Assembly: GCA_964016885.1 (NCBI GenBank)
Contig: OZ024741.1
Location: 70,928,001-70,992,000 of the forward strand
Origin: Eledone cirrhosa
Taxonomy: Eukaryota
DNA length: 64,000 nt
Direction: 5' to 3'
The position numbers and the translations under genes are program-made. Positions 12,673 to 32,200 of this stretch are shown here, in pieces. The first letter of the stretch is position 1, and every line of letters starts with the position of its first letter. Under the pieces are notes generated by a model. That model was not told where the DNA came from and did no database searches. It saw only the letters and a list, made by a program, of their open reading frames with translations.

Positions 12673-14163
12673 GAAAAGTGTGTTGGAAGAGAGTTCAAAG
12701 GGTGTGTAGGGGAGTGGTGGAGAGACATATAGCAAAAAGGGGGTGAGAGGAAACAATGCAAATGAAATGAAAAATAAAGGCATGATCAAAATAAAATTAA
12801 AATGGGGTAAAACAGGTGGTGGAAGGGTGTGGGGCGTGTAGGGGTGGTGGAAGGATGTGGGGCGTGTAGGGGTGGTGGCGGGTGGAGTGGGGAGAGGGAG
12901 ACGGGGTGTCCGAGCGGAAAGGGCTGAAGGTGGTGTGTGTGTGTAGGTGTACGTGTGTGTGTGTGTGTGTATCTGAAAGCAAAGGTTGGGGGAAGAACGG
13001 GGTTGCATGTTCAGGAAGAGGTGTGTGTAGGGTGGGGTGTAGGTCGGAGTGTGTGTGCGTGTGTGGATAGAGGGGTGGGGGGAGAGGATTCCGGAGGCTG
13101 AATGTGTAAATATGTGGTGGTACGCACGTGTGTGTGTGGTGTTTATGCTTGTTGTGGGTGTAGGTGGTGTGTGGGAAAAAAAATTGTTCTGGGGTGTGTG
13201 TGTGTGGGTGAGTCATAAAGGTAATTCCGTAAGAGGATGTGGTGGAATGCTGAGTAAAACCCTTGGGATGTGGTGGATTCCGGGATCAAGGTTCACATAC
13301 GTGTAATCCGTGAAGAGATTGGTCGGAAGAGGGGAGATGTGGGGTGCGCGCGCAACAGGAAGTGGTCAAGGCAGGAGGAGTGTTGTGTGTCTGTGTGTGC
13401 GGGGAGGTGGTCAGAGGGCATAGCAGCAGTAGGGTAGAATGGTAAGTAAAGGTGTGTCAGTGTGTGCGGTGGACAGGGGAGAGGATGAGTAGGTGTGAAA
13501 GTTGGAGTGAGGAGGGGGTGTGTGTGTTTATTAGTAGAGGTGTTAGTGGGATGAGTGAGTGTTTGAGAAAGGGTGTGGGTGGAGCGGGGAGAGAAGGGTG
13601 TGGGGGCCGATGGAGGGAGTGTGGTGTACTGGTGTGTGTGTTTGGTGAAGGGGGTGTTAGTGGGTGTTAGTATACAGGAGGTGGAGAAAGGGTTGAATGC
13701 GGGTGTGAGTGGGGGTCAGTGGTGGTAGGGTGTGTAGAGTGGGTGGTGTAAGAGGGTGTGTGTGTACGTGTGCGTAGGGCTGGGGGGTGTTAGTGATGTT
13801 AGTTGCGTGTAGGGTGGGTGGTGTAAGTGGGTGAGTGTGTTCGTGTGCTTGGGGTCAAGGGGTGTTAGTGATGTTAGTTGCAGGGTGGTGGGGTGGATGT
13901 GTGGGGGTGAGGGTTAGTGGTGGTAGTAGGGTGTGTGTTTAGTGTGAGTGCGTGTATATATGTGCCGGTGGGTGTGTGCGTGTGATAAGGAGGGGAGGAG
14001 GAGAAGAAGGGAGGGATGTTAGTATGTTAGTTGGGGAAGGGTGGTCGGATGTGGGGTGGAGTGGAGGTGTTAGTATTGTTAGTTGTGGGGTGGGCAGTGA
14101 AAAGGAGAGGTGTGTTAGTGGTGTTAGTGGGGGATATGTGTGGGGGAGGGGGGCGGTCGAAGG

Positions 14164-16480
14164 CTAAAGGAATAAGGGTGGGGAGTTCAGGCCGGGGGGA
14201 GTGTGGGTCTGTAAGATGAAGATGGTTCGTTGTTCAACTCTTAAGAGATTGGCGGGTGTTCCGTGGCATTGGAGTAGGCCACAGACTGTGAGATGGGGTG
14301 CGGAATGTCCAGGGGCACCAAAGCGGCGGGCGATGGGGGAACTACCACCGAGACGAATATCCCGGAGGTGCTCAGTAAATCTGTCCGCCAGGCGACGTCC
14401 AGTCTGTCCAACGTAAGTCGCGCTGCACTCCGTGCAGCGAAGTCCGTAGACTAGGTTGGAGGTGGTGCAGCGGAAGGCATGCCGGACAGAGAGAGAGTGG
14501 CCGTTGGGACCCTGGAAGGTGGTGGGGTTGGTGATGTGGGGACAGGTGTTGCAGCGGGGCCTAGAACAGGGAAAGGAACCGGGGGGGACGTGGGGGGGGT
14601 AAGAAGCTGTGGACAAGGAGGGTGCGGAGATTGCGTGCGCGTTTGAAGGAGGGGAGTGGTGGGGCTGGGAAGATGTGGGAGGTGGAGGGTTCGGACTGGA
14701 GGCGTCGGAAGAGGCGGAGGATGGTTCGGTGGAGGGGTATGGTGGAGGGTGGTAGGTGATGGGGAAGGGGAGACGGTGGGTGTGCGGTGGCGTGGGGTGA
14801 GGGTGCTGGAGCGGTGGACAGCACGGGCGCGGGTGAGAGCAGTGTGGACGAGAGAGGGGGGGTAACCTCTGCAGATGAAATGGCTGACTAGGGAAAGGGT
14901 CTGGGACTCAAAGTCGGCCTCTCGGCTACAGAGGCGGCAGATCCTGAGAAGTTGGGAGTAGAGTGTTTAGTATGTGTGGGGTGGGAAGAGGTGAAGTCGA
15001 GGTAAGAGTGGGAGTCGGTGGGTTTGAAGAAGGCGGAGGTGACGCGGGAGTGGTGGGAGGGGTCGAAGGCAACGGAGATGTCTAAAAGTGGTCGTGGGTG
15101 GTGGAGATAGAGGTGGTGAAGTGGAGGGAGGGGTGGAAGGAGCAGAAGAAGGAGAGAAAGGAATCGAGCTGTTCTCGGGTGAGGGTCGTGGCTCCGATAC
15201 AGTCGTCGATGTAACGACCGTACAGTTCGGGCGTGGGGCCGGTGTACTGGGCAAAGATTTGGGCCTCAACATGGCCAACAAAAAGGTTGGCATAGTTTGG
15301 GCCCATTCTTGTACCCATGGCTACCCCCGTGACCTGTTGGTAAAACTCACCTGAGAAGGAGAAACAGTTGAGGGTGAGGACCAGCTCGACGAGGCGAAGG
15401 AGGGTGGGGATGGAGGGAATGGGGGAGAGGCGAAGGTCGAGGTAGTGTTTGAGGGCGCGTAGGCCATCGGCGTGGGGGATGACGGTATAGAGGGACTTGA
15501 TGTCTAGGGTGAAGAGGAAGGGCTGTGGGCCGGGTGGGTAAGTGAAGGAGTCGAAAAGGCGCAGGGCGAGGTTGGTGTCGGAGATGTGGGAGGGGAGGGT
15601 GGTGACAAGGGGGGCGAGGATGGAGTCGAGAAAGGCGAAGATGAGTTCGGTGGGACAGTTGCAAGCGGAGATGATGGGGCGGCCGGGGTTGTCGGTTTGT
15701 GGAGATGGTGGGGGTGCGGACGACAAGGTGTTGGATGGTGGAAGAAACTTGTTGTTGGTAGAGGGGTGTGGGATCGGAGGGTAGAGGGCGGTAGAAGAGG
15801 GGGTTACGGAGCTGCCTGAGGGCTTCGGCCGGTTAGAGGTCCGCGCGCCACACCACCACGGCGCCTCCCTTATCCGCCGGTTTGATGACGATGTCATCTC
15901 GGCTACGGAGGGATCGGAGAGCGAGGAGCTCGCCCCGTGAGATGTTGTTCCGTTTGAAACGGTGGCGGAAGTCTAAACGATTTACGGCGCTACGGCTGGC
16001 ATCAACGAACGCGTCCAGGGTGCTAAATTGCCCTGGGGCCGGCGTCCAAGAAGATGGTCGTCGGCCCAGGGCGAGAAACGGGTCTGGGGCGTCCGGAGCC
16101 GGTGGCGTTCGGCCGAAATGTGCCTGTAGCTTCGTGCGTCGCACGAATCGCCCGACTTCCATTCGGGTGTGGAACTCGTCGCTGTGCGTAGTGTGGGGTA
16201 TGAAGCAAAGGCCTCTACTAAGGAGTGAGCGCTCAGGTGCGGAGAGGGGGAGGTCAGGGGTGGTTGGGAGGAGTGAGTGTAGCTTGCGGGCTTTGGTGGA
16301 GGTGAGGAAGGAGAAGAGGTCGTGGTTCAAGTTTTGGATGAAGAGGAGGATGGTTTGGGCGAGGAGGGGGTGGCAGGTGGAGTTAAGGCGGAGGAGGGTG
16401 GGGATCAGTTGGTGGTCAAGTTTGCGGAGGGTGGAACGGGAGGCGCGGATGGAGTTGCGCATTAGGAGGCGTGAGGATCA
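14164..16480 (-). pseudogene. PLE RT-GIY-YIG ORF, frameshifted
   Basis: [53 protein letters not shown]...YVGQT.R.L..RF.EH, P.GLN. Confidence 0.9.
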
Positions 16481-16488
16481 TATATGTA

Positions 16489-16570
<82 letters not shown>

Positions 16571-16666
16571 CACATACATACATATATATATATATATATA
16601 CACACATACATACATATATATATGTATATATATACACACATACATACATATATATATATGTATATA

Positions 16667-16703
<37 letters not shown>

Positions 16704-16799
16704 GTATATATATATATATACACACACATACATATATATATATATACACACACATACATATATATATATATACACACACATACATATATATATATATAT

Positions 16800-16830
<31 letters not shown>

Positions 16831-16930
16831 CACACACATACACATATATATATATATATACACACACATACATATATATATATATATACACACTACATAA
16901 TATATATATATATATAATATATATATATAT

Positions 16931-18574
<1,644 letters not shown>

Positions 18575-18926
18575 TCACGCAGTAATACAGGGTACCCGAC
18601 CTCCCATGGGTACATGCTGAAGCATATAAACAATATGCCCCCCCCCCCCACCGCAAGGTGGTCGTGGAGGTGCCACGGCAAAAAAGCACCCAGCCCACAC
18701 TGTAAAGTGGACGTGTAGGCGCCACGAAAAAGCACCCAGCACTCACTGTAAATGAGGTTGGTGTTAGGAAGGGCATCCAGCTGTAGAAATCAAGCCAGAT
18801 CAGTTCCTGTATGAGCAAGGCATGGTCAGCCGACCAGACACTGCCCACAACAGGACAACCCGTCTAACCCATGCTAGCGTGGAAGAACGGACGTAAAACG
18901 GTGATGATGATGATGATGATGATGAT
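18575..18926 (+). mobile_element. RTE LINE subfamily B, 3' end
   Basis: Near-identical to 58223-58580; (GAT)n tail. Confidence 0.9.
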
Positions 18927-18956
18927 ACATATATATATATACATATATATATATAC

Positions 18957-19009
<53 letters not shown>

Positions 19010-19182
19010 CATATATATATACATATATATATATACATATATATATATACATATATATATATATACATATATATATATACATATATACATATATATATAT
19101 ATACATATATACATATATATATACATATATATATATACATATATATATATACATATATATATATATACATATATATATATAC

Positions 19183-19235
<53 letters not shown>

Positions 19236-19279
19236 CATATATATTATACATATATATATATACATATATATATATATAC

Positions 19280-20741
<1,462 letters not shown>

Positions 20742-21215
20742 GATTCCTGACTCAAGGCAAGTCCATATTATTTGGATGTCCTAAACAAGGAAGAAAACAT
20801 GGTAGAGATATAATTACGGTATGTTCCCATTTCTTCTAAGTTTAATTTTACTACTAATTACGTGCGGTTGACGATATATTTGATCGGATTCTGCATGCTG
20901 CCGAAGTGTTTGATAAATAATGGAACGGAGTTACCGCGAACTAGCTGCGATCAATTATTTGTCGGAGATTTCCCCGTTAGAAAATTTACTCTTAAAGCTT
21001 GCTAGATTTGATTATGTATATGGTTAATTATGCTGATTAGAAGAAGAAATAGTATATATTTTAATATGTGATTGATTCTATAGACATGATTTATAATATA
21101 ATGCTCTGATTTTTTGATTTTAATTTATTAATTCTTCATTGAGCTTAACAGCGAACAGTTGCAAGGATATATGTATCCTTGATTTAATTTAATTTAATTT
21201 TATGTATGTGATAAC

Positions 21216-22282
<1,067 letters not shown>

Positions 22283-25023
22283 ATTAGCGACCTAGACTGA
22301 TAATTAGCGACCTCATAGTCAGGACGAGACGTACTCGACAACAGAAGAGGACTATCCTCAGGAGGAAAATATGGAAGCTAAAGGACCCCACAGCCAGGAA
22401 TAAATTTCAAAGCATATTACTTGATGCTTTCGACAGTAAGGAAGAACATTTAGAGTCGGACAATATAGAGGGAGAGTGGGAATTTCTGAAAGCAAACCTG
22501 CTGTTGGCGACAGACGAGGTCTGTGGCTGGAGCAGGCCTGTAGGCAGGAGGAGAGTAACATGGTGGTGGAACAGTAAGGTGGAGGGGTCAATTAAGGCCA
22601 AAAAGCAGGCTTGGAAAGTATGGCGGGATGGGGGAAGTAGAGAGGACTATCAAGTGGCCAGGAGGGAAGCTAGGAGACAAGTGTACTTAGCAAGAAGGGA
22701 AGCTGAGGAAAGAAAGTTCAAGCATGTTCTACAACGCGATGACCAAAAACGTGAGGTGTTCAGGATTGCTAGGCAATGCGTCAAGGAAAACCGTGATATT
22801 GTCGGGGAGAAGTGTGTACTAAACGACGATGGCACACTTGCCATCACCGACGCTGATAAGAAGGTAGCTTGGAAGTGTCACTATGAAAGGCTTCTAAATG
22901 AGGAGAATAATTGGGAGAAAGGCAGTCTCCCCCATATCGACCCAATAGAGGGACCAGCAGTGTTAGTCGAGGGGAGTATAATAAGTAAGGCAATCAAGGA
23001 TATGAAGACTGGTAAGGCGGCTGGGCCTTCGGAAATAGTTGCTGAGATGCTGAAGGCATCTGGCACGGTGGGACACACCATGGTCACCCGCATAGTTAAC
23101 CAAGTCGTACAGAATGGGGTTGTTCCGAAGGACTGGCATAGCAGCATCATCGTTAACTGTTATAAGGGTAAAGGAGACGCCCTAGATAGGAGTAACTATA
23201 GAGGCATTAAATTAATCGACCAGGTCATGAAGGTCACGGAAAGAGTAATAGCGCAACTAATCAGAGAGAGAATTGACCTAGATGAAATGCAGTTCGGGTT
23301 TGTGTCAGGCAAAAGTACCACAGACGCTCTTTTCATAGTACGACAACTACAGGAGAAGTACCTAGCTAAAGGTAAACCCCTCTACTTAGCTTTTGTCGAC
23401 TTGGAGAAAGCCTTCGACAGAGTCCCCCGCTCCATTATCTGGTGGGCTCTTAGAAAACTAGGCGTTGACGAATGGCTTGTGAGGGCTATACAAGCCATGT
23501 ATAAAGAAACAGTCAGCAAGGTTAGAATTAACAACGAATATAGTGAAGAGTTTAGCGTAAAAGTTGGCGTCCATCAGGGCTCTGTTCTCAGTCCACTACT
23601 ATTTATTATTGCCCTTCAGGCTATAACAGAGGAGTTCAAGACAGGCTGCCCATGGGAACTCCTATACGCAGACGACCTGACACTCATAGCGGAATCAATG
23701 GCCGAGCTAGAGAAGAAATTCCAAACATGGAAGCACGGCCTAGAGTCAAAAGGACTTAAAATTAATCTGGCTAAGACCAAAGTACTAGTTTGTAGGAAAG
23801 AAAACAAGGCGGCGGTCCCTTCTGGGAAATGGTCGTGCTCGGTGTGTAGGAAAGGCGTAGGTAGAAACTCCATTTTATGTCCTAAATGCAAAGTATGGGT
23901 GCATAAAAGATGTAGTGGGATCACAGGTAAGCTAACTAAGAACATAGATTTTACATGTGGCCGGTGCTCTGGTGCAATAAGTAGCAGCAAGTGCCCACAA
24001 ACTACTAGCTCTTTCAATTGCGCAGAGGGTTCTATAGAAATAGTGGACAGCTTCCGTTACCTGGGCGATAAAATCAGCAGTGGGGGAGGGTGCTCTGAAA
24101 GTACTGTAGCTAGAGTCAGAACTGGTTGGAAAAAGTTCAGAGAGCTTATACCACTATTAGCTGCTAAAGGGTTCTCACTAAAAATGAAAGGCAGGTTGTA
24201 CGATGCCTGCATACGAACAGCAATGCTGCATGGCAGTGAGACCTGGGCATTGTGTGCAGAGGATATACGCAGACTAGAGAGGAACGAAGCTTGCATGCTC
24301 CGCTGGATGTGTAACAGTAATATACGTGAACGGCAAAGCATAAACGAACTAAGGAAAAAATTAGAGATAAGAGGGATCAGATGTTGTTTACTCGAGAGAA
24401 GGCTACGTTGGTATGGACACGTGATGCGCATGAAAGTCGATAGCTGTATAACAAAGTGCAGGGCAATAAAGATAGACGGTAGTCACGGAATAGGCAGACC
24501 TAGAAAAACCTGGGACGAGCTGATAAACTCCGACATCACACACTTACACCGCTCCAAGACAATGTCACTGGACCGAGACCTTTGGCGGTACTCAGTAACA
24601 GAGAAGACCCGCCTTACCTAAATATATAGTAAAACCTACTCCAGCCAGTAGACATCTCTAACAAAATACACCCCGTCCCACCACCACCACCCCCACCCGA
24701 TCCACACCACCCCGTTCTATGTAAAGTTATGTTGGTGCCGCGCCATCGAGGCCGAAACAAATGAGATCGTGTAGGTGTCACGACAAAAAAACACACAGTC
24801 CACGCTGTAATGTGGCCGTGTAGGCAACACGGTAAAAACCTCCCAGACCCACACTGTAAATGTGGTTGGTGTTAGGAAGGGCATCCAACTGTAGAAAACC
24901 TGCCAGACAGTCCTATGCGAGCAAGACAATCACTCTTGCCTCAAGTGGGACTACCCCCGTCCAAACCCATGCAAGCGTGGAACACGGACGTTAAACGTTG
25001 ATGATGATGATGATGATGATGAT
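22283..25023 (+). mobile_element. RTE LINE subfamily A, longest copy (no APE endonuclease)
   Basis: 705-aa open frame, 3' UTR, (GAT)n tail, (TA)n on both sides. Confidence 0.95.
22504..24621 (+). CDS. RTE reverse transcriptase (partial ORF) with inserted PHD-like finger
   Basis: KAAGP, YKGKGD...[34 protein letters not shown] (23665-23676), FRYLG; the start is not a true initiator. Confidence 0.9.
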   Translation: MATDEVCGWSRPVGRRRVTWWWNSKVEGSIKAKKQAWKVWRDGGSREDYQVARREARRQVYLARREAEERKFKHVLQRDDQKREVFRIARQCVKENRDIVGEKCVLNDDGTLAITDADKKVAWKCHYERLLNEENNWEKGSLPHIDPIEGPAVLVEGSIISKAIKDMKTGKAAGPSEIVAEMLKASGTVGHTMVTRIVNQVVQNGVVPKDWHSSIIVNCYKGKGDALDRSNYRGIKLIDQVMKVTERVIAQLIRERIDLDEMQFGFVSGKSTTDALFIVRQLQEKYLAKGKPLYLAFVDLEKAFDRVPRSIIWWALRKLGVDEWLVRAIQAMYKETVSKVRINNEYSEEFSVKVGVHQGSVLSPLLFIIALQAITEEFKTGCPWELLYADDLTLIAESMAELEKKFQTWKHGLESKGLKINLAKTKVLVCRKENKAAVPSGKWSCSVCRKGVGRNSILCPKCKVWVHKRCSGITGKLTKNIDFTCGRCSGAISSSKCPQTTSSFNCAEGSIEIVDSFRYLGDKISSGGGCSESTVARVRTGWKKFRELIPLLAAKGFSLKMKGRLYDACIRTAMLHGSETWALCAEDIRRLERNEACMLRWMCNSNIRERQSINELRKKLEIRGIRCCLLERRLRWYGHVMRMKVDSCITKCRAIKIDGSHGIGRPRKTWDELINSDITHLHRSKTMSLDRDLWRYSVTEKTRLT

Positions 25024-25084
25024 ACATATATATACATACATATATATACATATATATATATATACATATATATATATAGATATA

Positions 25085-25172
<88 letters not shown>

Positions 25173-25219
25173 CATATATACATATATATACATATATATA
25201 TATATGTATGTACATATAC

Positions 25220-25302
<83 letters not shown>

Positions 25303-25313
25303 CATATATATAC

Positions 25314-25450
<137 letters not shown>

Positions 25451-25465
25451 CATATATATATATAC

Positions 25466-25647
<182 letters not shown>

Positions 25648-25860
25648 CGTTTCTGAATTTGTTTAGCAAGATTCTTTATCTGAAATCGTGTGTTGAAACC
25701 GATATTGTTATACTTTGGGAGGGTCATGTTGCCAATAAGAAACACACGCACCAGTTGCTTTCACTTCAATTTAATTTAATATATATTTATAAATTTACAA
25801 ATTTATAAATTTCTGGTTGGTTGGTTGGTTCCACAACCAGATAGTTGTTTATATATATAT

Positions 25861-25905
25861 AGTCATAGTTCTTTCGTCACACACTCTGTGACCTCTTCAG
25901 TGACT
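25861..25905 (-). ncRNA. Minimal type I hammerhead (P1 pLTR)
   Basis: agtca-CTGAAGA-ggtcacagagtgtgtgac-GAAA gaac TA-tgact. Confidence 0.75.
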
Positions 25906-26202
25906 GGGGATTTCTTTCTTCGTTTCTGTGCCTTTCCTTTCTTCTATCCTACGCCATTTTGTTTGTGTGTGGGTTGCGTGCTCAGTTTGCGCATGCGCCA
26001 CATCCGGGTGTCTGTGTGTGTTTGTGTTCATTTTTCTATTTTTCTATTTATATTTGTTTGTTTATTTATTTATTTATTGTTGGTTGGTTGTTTGTTCTAT
26101 GTGTGTGTGTGTTTTCATTTTGTCTTGTGTGTGTTTTCATTTTGTGTGTGTTTTCAATTGTAAGTTGTTTGTTCTATGTGTGTGTGTGTTTTCATTTTGT
26201 CC

Positions 26203-26638
26203 TTAATTGTAAGTTGTGATGTTGCTGTTCCACTCATATTTTCTATTTAATTTTGGTTTTAATTCTTTTATGCTTACTGCCTCTGTAATTTGCCTAAACA
26301 TTGCGTCTTTCTTGTGTGTGGATTCTATTTTTATTTCTATGCTCTCTAATTTACCCCTGTGTTCTATCTTAGCATGTTGGTAGAGCACAGATGATTCTTT
26401 ACTATCTTGGAGGTCTCGCCAGTGTTCATTTATTCGTTCCCCTATACTACGAGCTGTCTCACCTATGTACACTATATTTTTGTTTCTACATTGTCCCTCA
26501 GTACATCTTATGCTATATACTACATTTCTAGTTTTACAGTTAATATGGGGGCTTATTTTACAGGTTATACATTTCTTATCTATACATGAGGGTCTTTGGA
26601 ACGGGTATGTCTTGCTAATAAGTGTTTTTACGGAGGTA
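26203..26638 (-). CDS. PLE GIY-YIG endonuclease (partial)
   Basis: CIDKKCITC...NVVYSIRC...YIGETARSIGERINEH...EAVSI...PKLN. Confidence 0.9.
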
Positions 26639-26741
26639 AAATTCATAAATTTGTAAATTTATAAATATATATTAGATTAAATTGAAGTGAAAGCAACTGG
26701 TGCGTGTGTTTCTTATTGGCAACATGACCCTCCCAAAGTAT

Positions 26742-29005
<2,264 letters not shown>

Positions 29006-29205
29006 NNNNNNNNNNNNNNNNNNNNNNNNNNNNNNNNNNNNNNNNNNNNNNNNNNNNNNNNNNNNNNNNNNNNNNNNNNNNNNNNNNNNNNNNNNNNNNN
29101 NNNNNNNNNNNNNNNNNNNNNNNNNNNNNNNNNNNNNNNNNNNNNNNNNNNNNNNNNNNNNNNNNNNNNNNNNNNNNNNNNNNNNNNNNNNNNNNNNNNN
29201 NNNNN
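29006..29205. other. Assembly gap (200 N)
   Basis: N run. Confidence 1.
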
Positions 29206-32200
29206 AGTTGTTTGTGGTGGTTGTGGTGGTAGTAATGATGTTTGTGATGATGGTGTTGGTGTTTGTGGTGGAGTTGTTTGTGGTGGTGGTGGTAGTAATG
29301 ATATTTGTGATGATGGTGTTGGTTTTTGTGGTGGAGTTGTTGTGGTGGTGGTGGTAGTAATGATATTTGTGATGATGGTGTTGGTTTTTGTGGTGGAGTT
29401 GTTGTGGGTGTGGTGGTAGTAATGATGTTTTGTGATGATGGTGTTGGTGTTTTGTGGTGGAGTTGTTTGTGGTGGTGGTGGTAGTAATGATGTTTGTGAT
29501 GATGGGTGTTGGTGTTTGTGGTGGGTGTTGATGTTGATTGGTGGAGTTGTTGTGGTGGTGTGGTGGTAGTAATGATGTTTGTGATGATGGTGTTGGTGTT
29601 TGTGGTGGAGTTGTTTGTGGTGGTGGTGGTAGTAATGATGTTTGTGATGATGGTGTTGGTGTTTGTGGTGGAGTTGTTTGTGGTGGTGGTGGTAGTAATG
29701 ATGTTTGTGATGATGGTGTTGGTGTTTGTGGTGGAGTTGTTTGTGGTGGTGGTGGTAGTAATGATGTTTGTGATGATGGTGTTGGTGTTTGTGGTGAGTT
29801 GTTTGTGGTGGTGGTGGTAGTAATGATCTTTGTGATGATGGTGTTGGTGTTTGTGGTGAGTTGTTTGTGGTGGTGGTGGTAGTAATGATGTTTGTGATGA
29901 TGGTGTTGGTGTTTGTGGTGGAGTTGTTTGTGGTGGTGGTGGTGGTAGTAATGATGTTTGTGATGATGGTGTTGGTGTTTGTGGTGGAGTTGTTTGTGGT
30001 GGTGGTGGTGGTAGTAATGATGTTTGTGATGATGGTGTTGGTGTTTGTGGTGGAGTTGTTTGTGGTGGTGGTGGTGGTAGTAATGATGTTTGTGATGATG
30101 TGTTGGTGTTTTGTGGTGGAGTTGTTTGTGGTGGTGGTGGTGGTAGATGTTTGTGATGATGTGTTGGTGTTTGTGGTGAGTTGTTTGTGGTGGTGGTGTG
30201 GTAAGATGTTTGTGATGATGTGTTGTGTTTGTGGTGGAGTTGTTTGTGGTGGTGGTGGTTAGTAATGATGTTGTGATGATGGTGTTGGTGTTTGTGGTGG
30301 AGTTGTTTGTGGTGGGTGGTGGTAGTAATGATGTTTGTGATGATGGTGTTGGTGTTTGTGGTGGAGTTGTTTGTGGTGGTGGTGGTGTAGTAATGATGTT
30401 TGTGATGATGGTGTTGGTGTTTGTGGTGGAGTTGTTTGTGGTGGTGGTGGTGGTAGTAATGATGTTTGTGATGATGGTGTTGGTGTTGTGGTGAGTTGTT
30501 TGTGGTGGTGGTGGTGGTAGTAATGATGTTTGTGATGATGTGTTGGTGTTTGTGGTGGAGTTGTTTGTGGTGGTGGTGGTGGTAGTAATGATGTTTGTGA
30601 TGATGGTGTTGGTGTTTGTGGTGGAGTTGTTTGTGGTGGTGGTGGTAGTAATGATGTTTGTGATGATGGTGTTGGTGTTTGTGGTGGAGTTGTTTGTGGT
30701 GGTGGTGGTAGTAATGATGTTTGTGATGATGTGTTGGTGTTTGTGGTGAGTTGTTGTGGTGGTGGGTGGTAGTAATGATGTTGTGATGATGTGTTGGTGT
30801 TTGTGGTGGAGTTGTTGTGGTGGTGGTGTAGTAATGATGTTTGTGATGATGGTGTTGGTGTTTGTGGTGGAGTTGTTTGTGGTGGTGGTGGTGGTAGTAA
30901 TGATGTTTGTGATGATGGTGTTGGTGTTTGTGGTGGAGTTGTTTGTGGTGGTGGTGGTGGTAGTAATGATGTTTGTGATGATGGTGTTGGTGTTTGTGGT
31001 GGAGTTGTTTGTGGTGGTGGTGTGGTAGTAATGATGTTTGTGATGATGGTGTTGGTGTTTGTGGTGGAGTTGTTTGTGGTGGTGGTGGTGGTAGTAATGA
31101 TGTTTGTGATGATGGTGTTGGTGTTTGTGGTGGAGTTGTTTGTGGTGGTGGTGGTGGTAGTAATGATGTTTGTGATGATGGTGTTGGTGTTTGTGGTGGA
31201 GTTGTTTGTGGTGGTGGTGGTGGTAGTAATGATGTTTGTGATGATGGTGTTGGTGTTTGTGGTGGAGTTGTTTGTGGTGGTGGGTGGTAGTAATGATGTT
31301 TGTGATGATGGTGTTGGTGTTTGTGGTGGAGTTGTTTGTGGTGGTGGTGGTGGTAGTAATGATGTTTGTGATGATGGTGTTGTGTTTGTGGTGGAGTTGT
31401 TTGTGGTGTGGTGTAATGATTTGTGATGATGGTGTTGTGTTGTGGGGTTTTGTGTGTGGTAGTAATGATGTTTGTGATGATGGTGTTGGTGTTTGTGGTG
31501 GAGTTGTTTGTGGTGGTGGTGGTAGTAATGATGTTTGTGATGATGGTGTTGGTGTTTGTGGTGGAGTTGTTTGTGGTGGTGGTGGTGGTAGTAATGATGT
31601 TTGTGATGATGGTGTTGGTGTTTGTGGTGGAGTTGTTTGTGGTGGTGGTGGTAGTAATGATGTTTGTGATGATGGTGTTGGTGTTTGTGGTGGAGTTGTT
31701 TGTGGTGGTGGTGGTAGTAATGATGTTTGTGATGATGGTGTTGGTGTTTGTGGTGGAGTTGTTTGTGGTGGTGGTGGTGTAGTAATGATGTTTGTGATGA
31801 TGGTGTGGTGTTGTGGTGGAGTTGTTTGTGGTGGTGGTGGTAGTAATGATGTTTGTGATGATGGTGTTGGTGTTTGTGGTGGAGTTGTTTGTGGTGGTGG
31901 TGGTAGTAATGATGTTTGTGATGATGGTGTTGGTGTTTGTGGTGGAGTTGTTTGTGGTGGTGGTGGTAGTAATGATGTTTGTGATGATGGTGTTGGTGTT
32001 TGTGGTGGGTTGTTTGTGGTGGTGGTGGTAGTAATGATGTTTGTGATGATGGTGTTGGTGTTTGTGGTGGAGTTGTTTGTGGTGGTGGTGGTAGTAATGA
32101 TGTTTGTGATGATGGTGTTGGTGTTTGTGGTGGAGTGTTTGTGGTGGGTGGTAGTAATGATGTTTGTGATGATGGTGTTGTGTTTGTGGAGTTGTTTGTG

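Larger units (their letters stand above)
12550..16480 (-). mobile_element. GC-rich Penelope-like element (Neptune-like), long but degenerate copy
   Basis: RT + Cys linker + GIY-YIG, ~1.5-kb low-complexity 3' region, terminal HHR; (TA)n on both sides. Confidence 0.9.
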
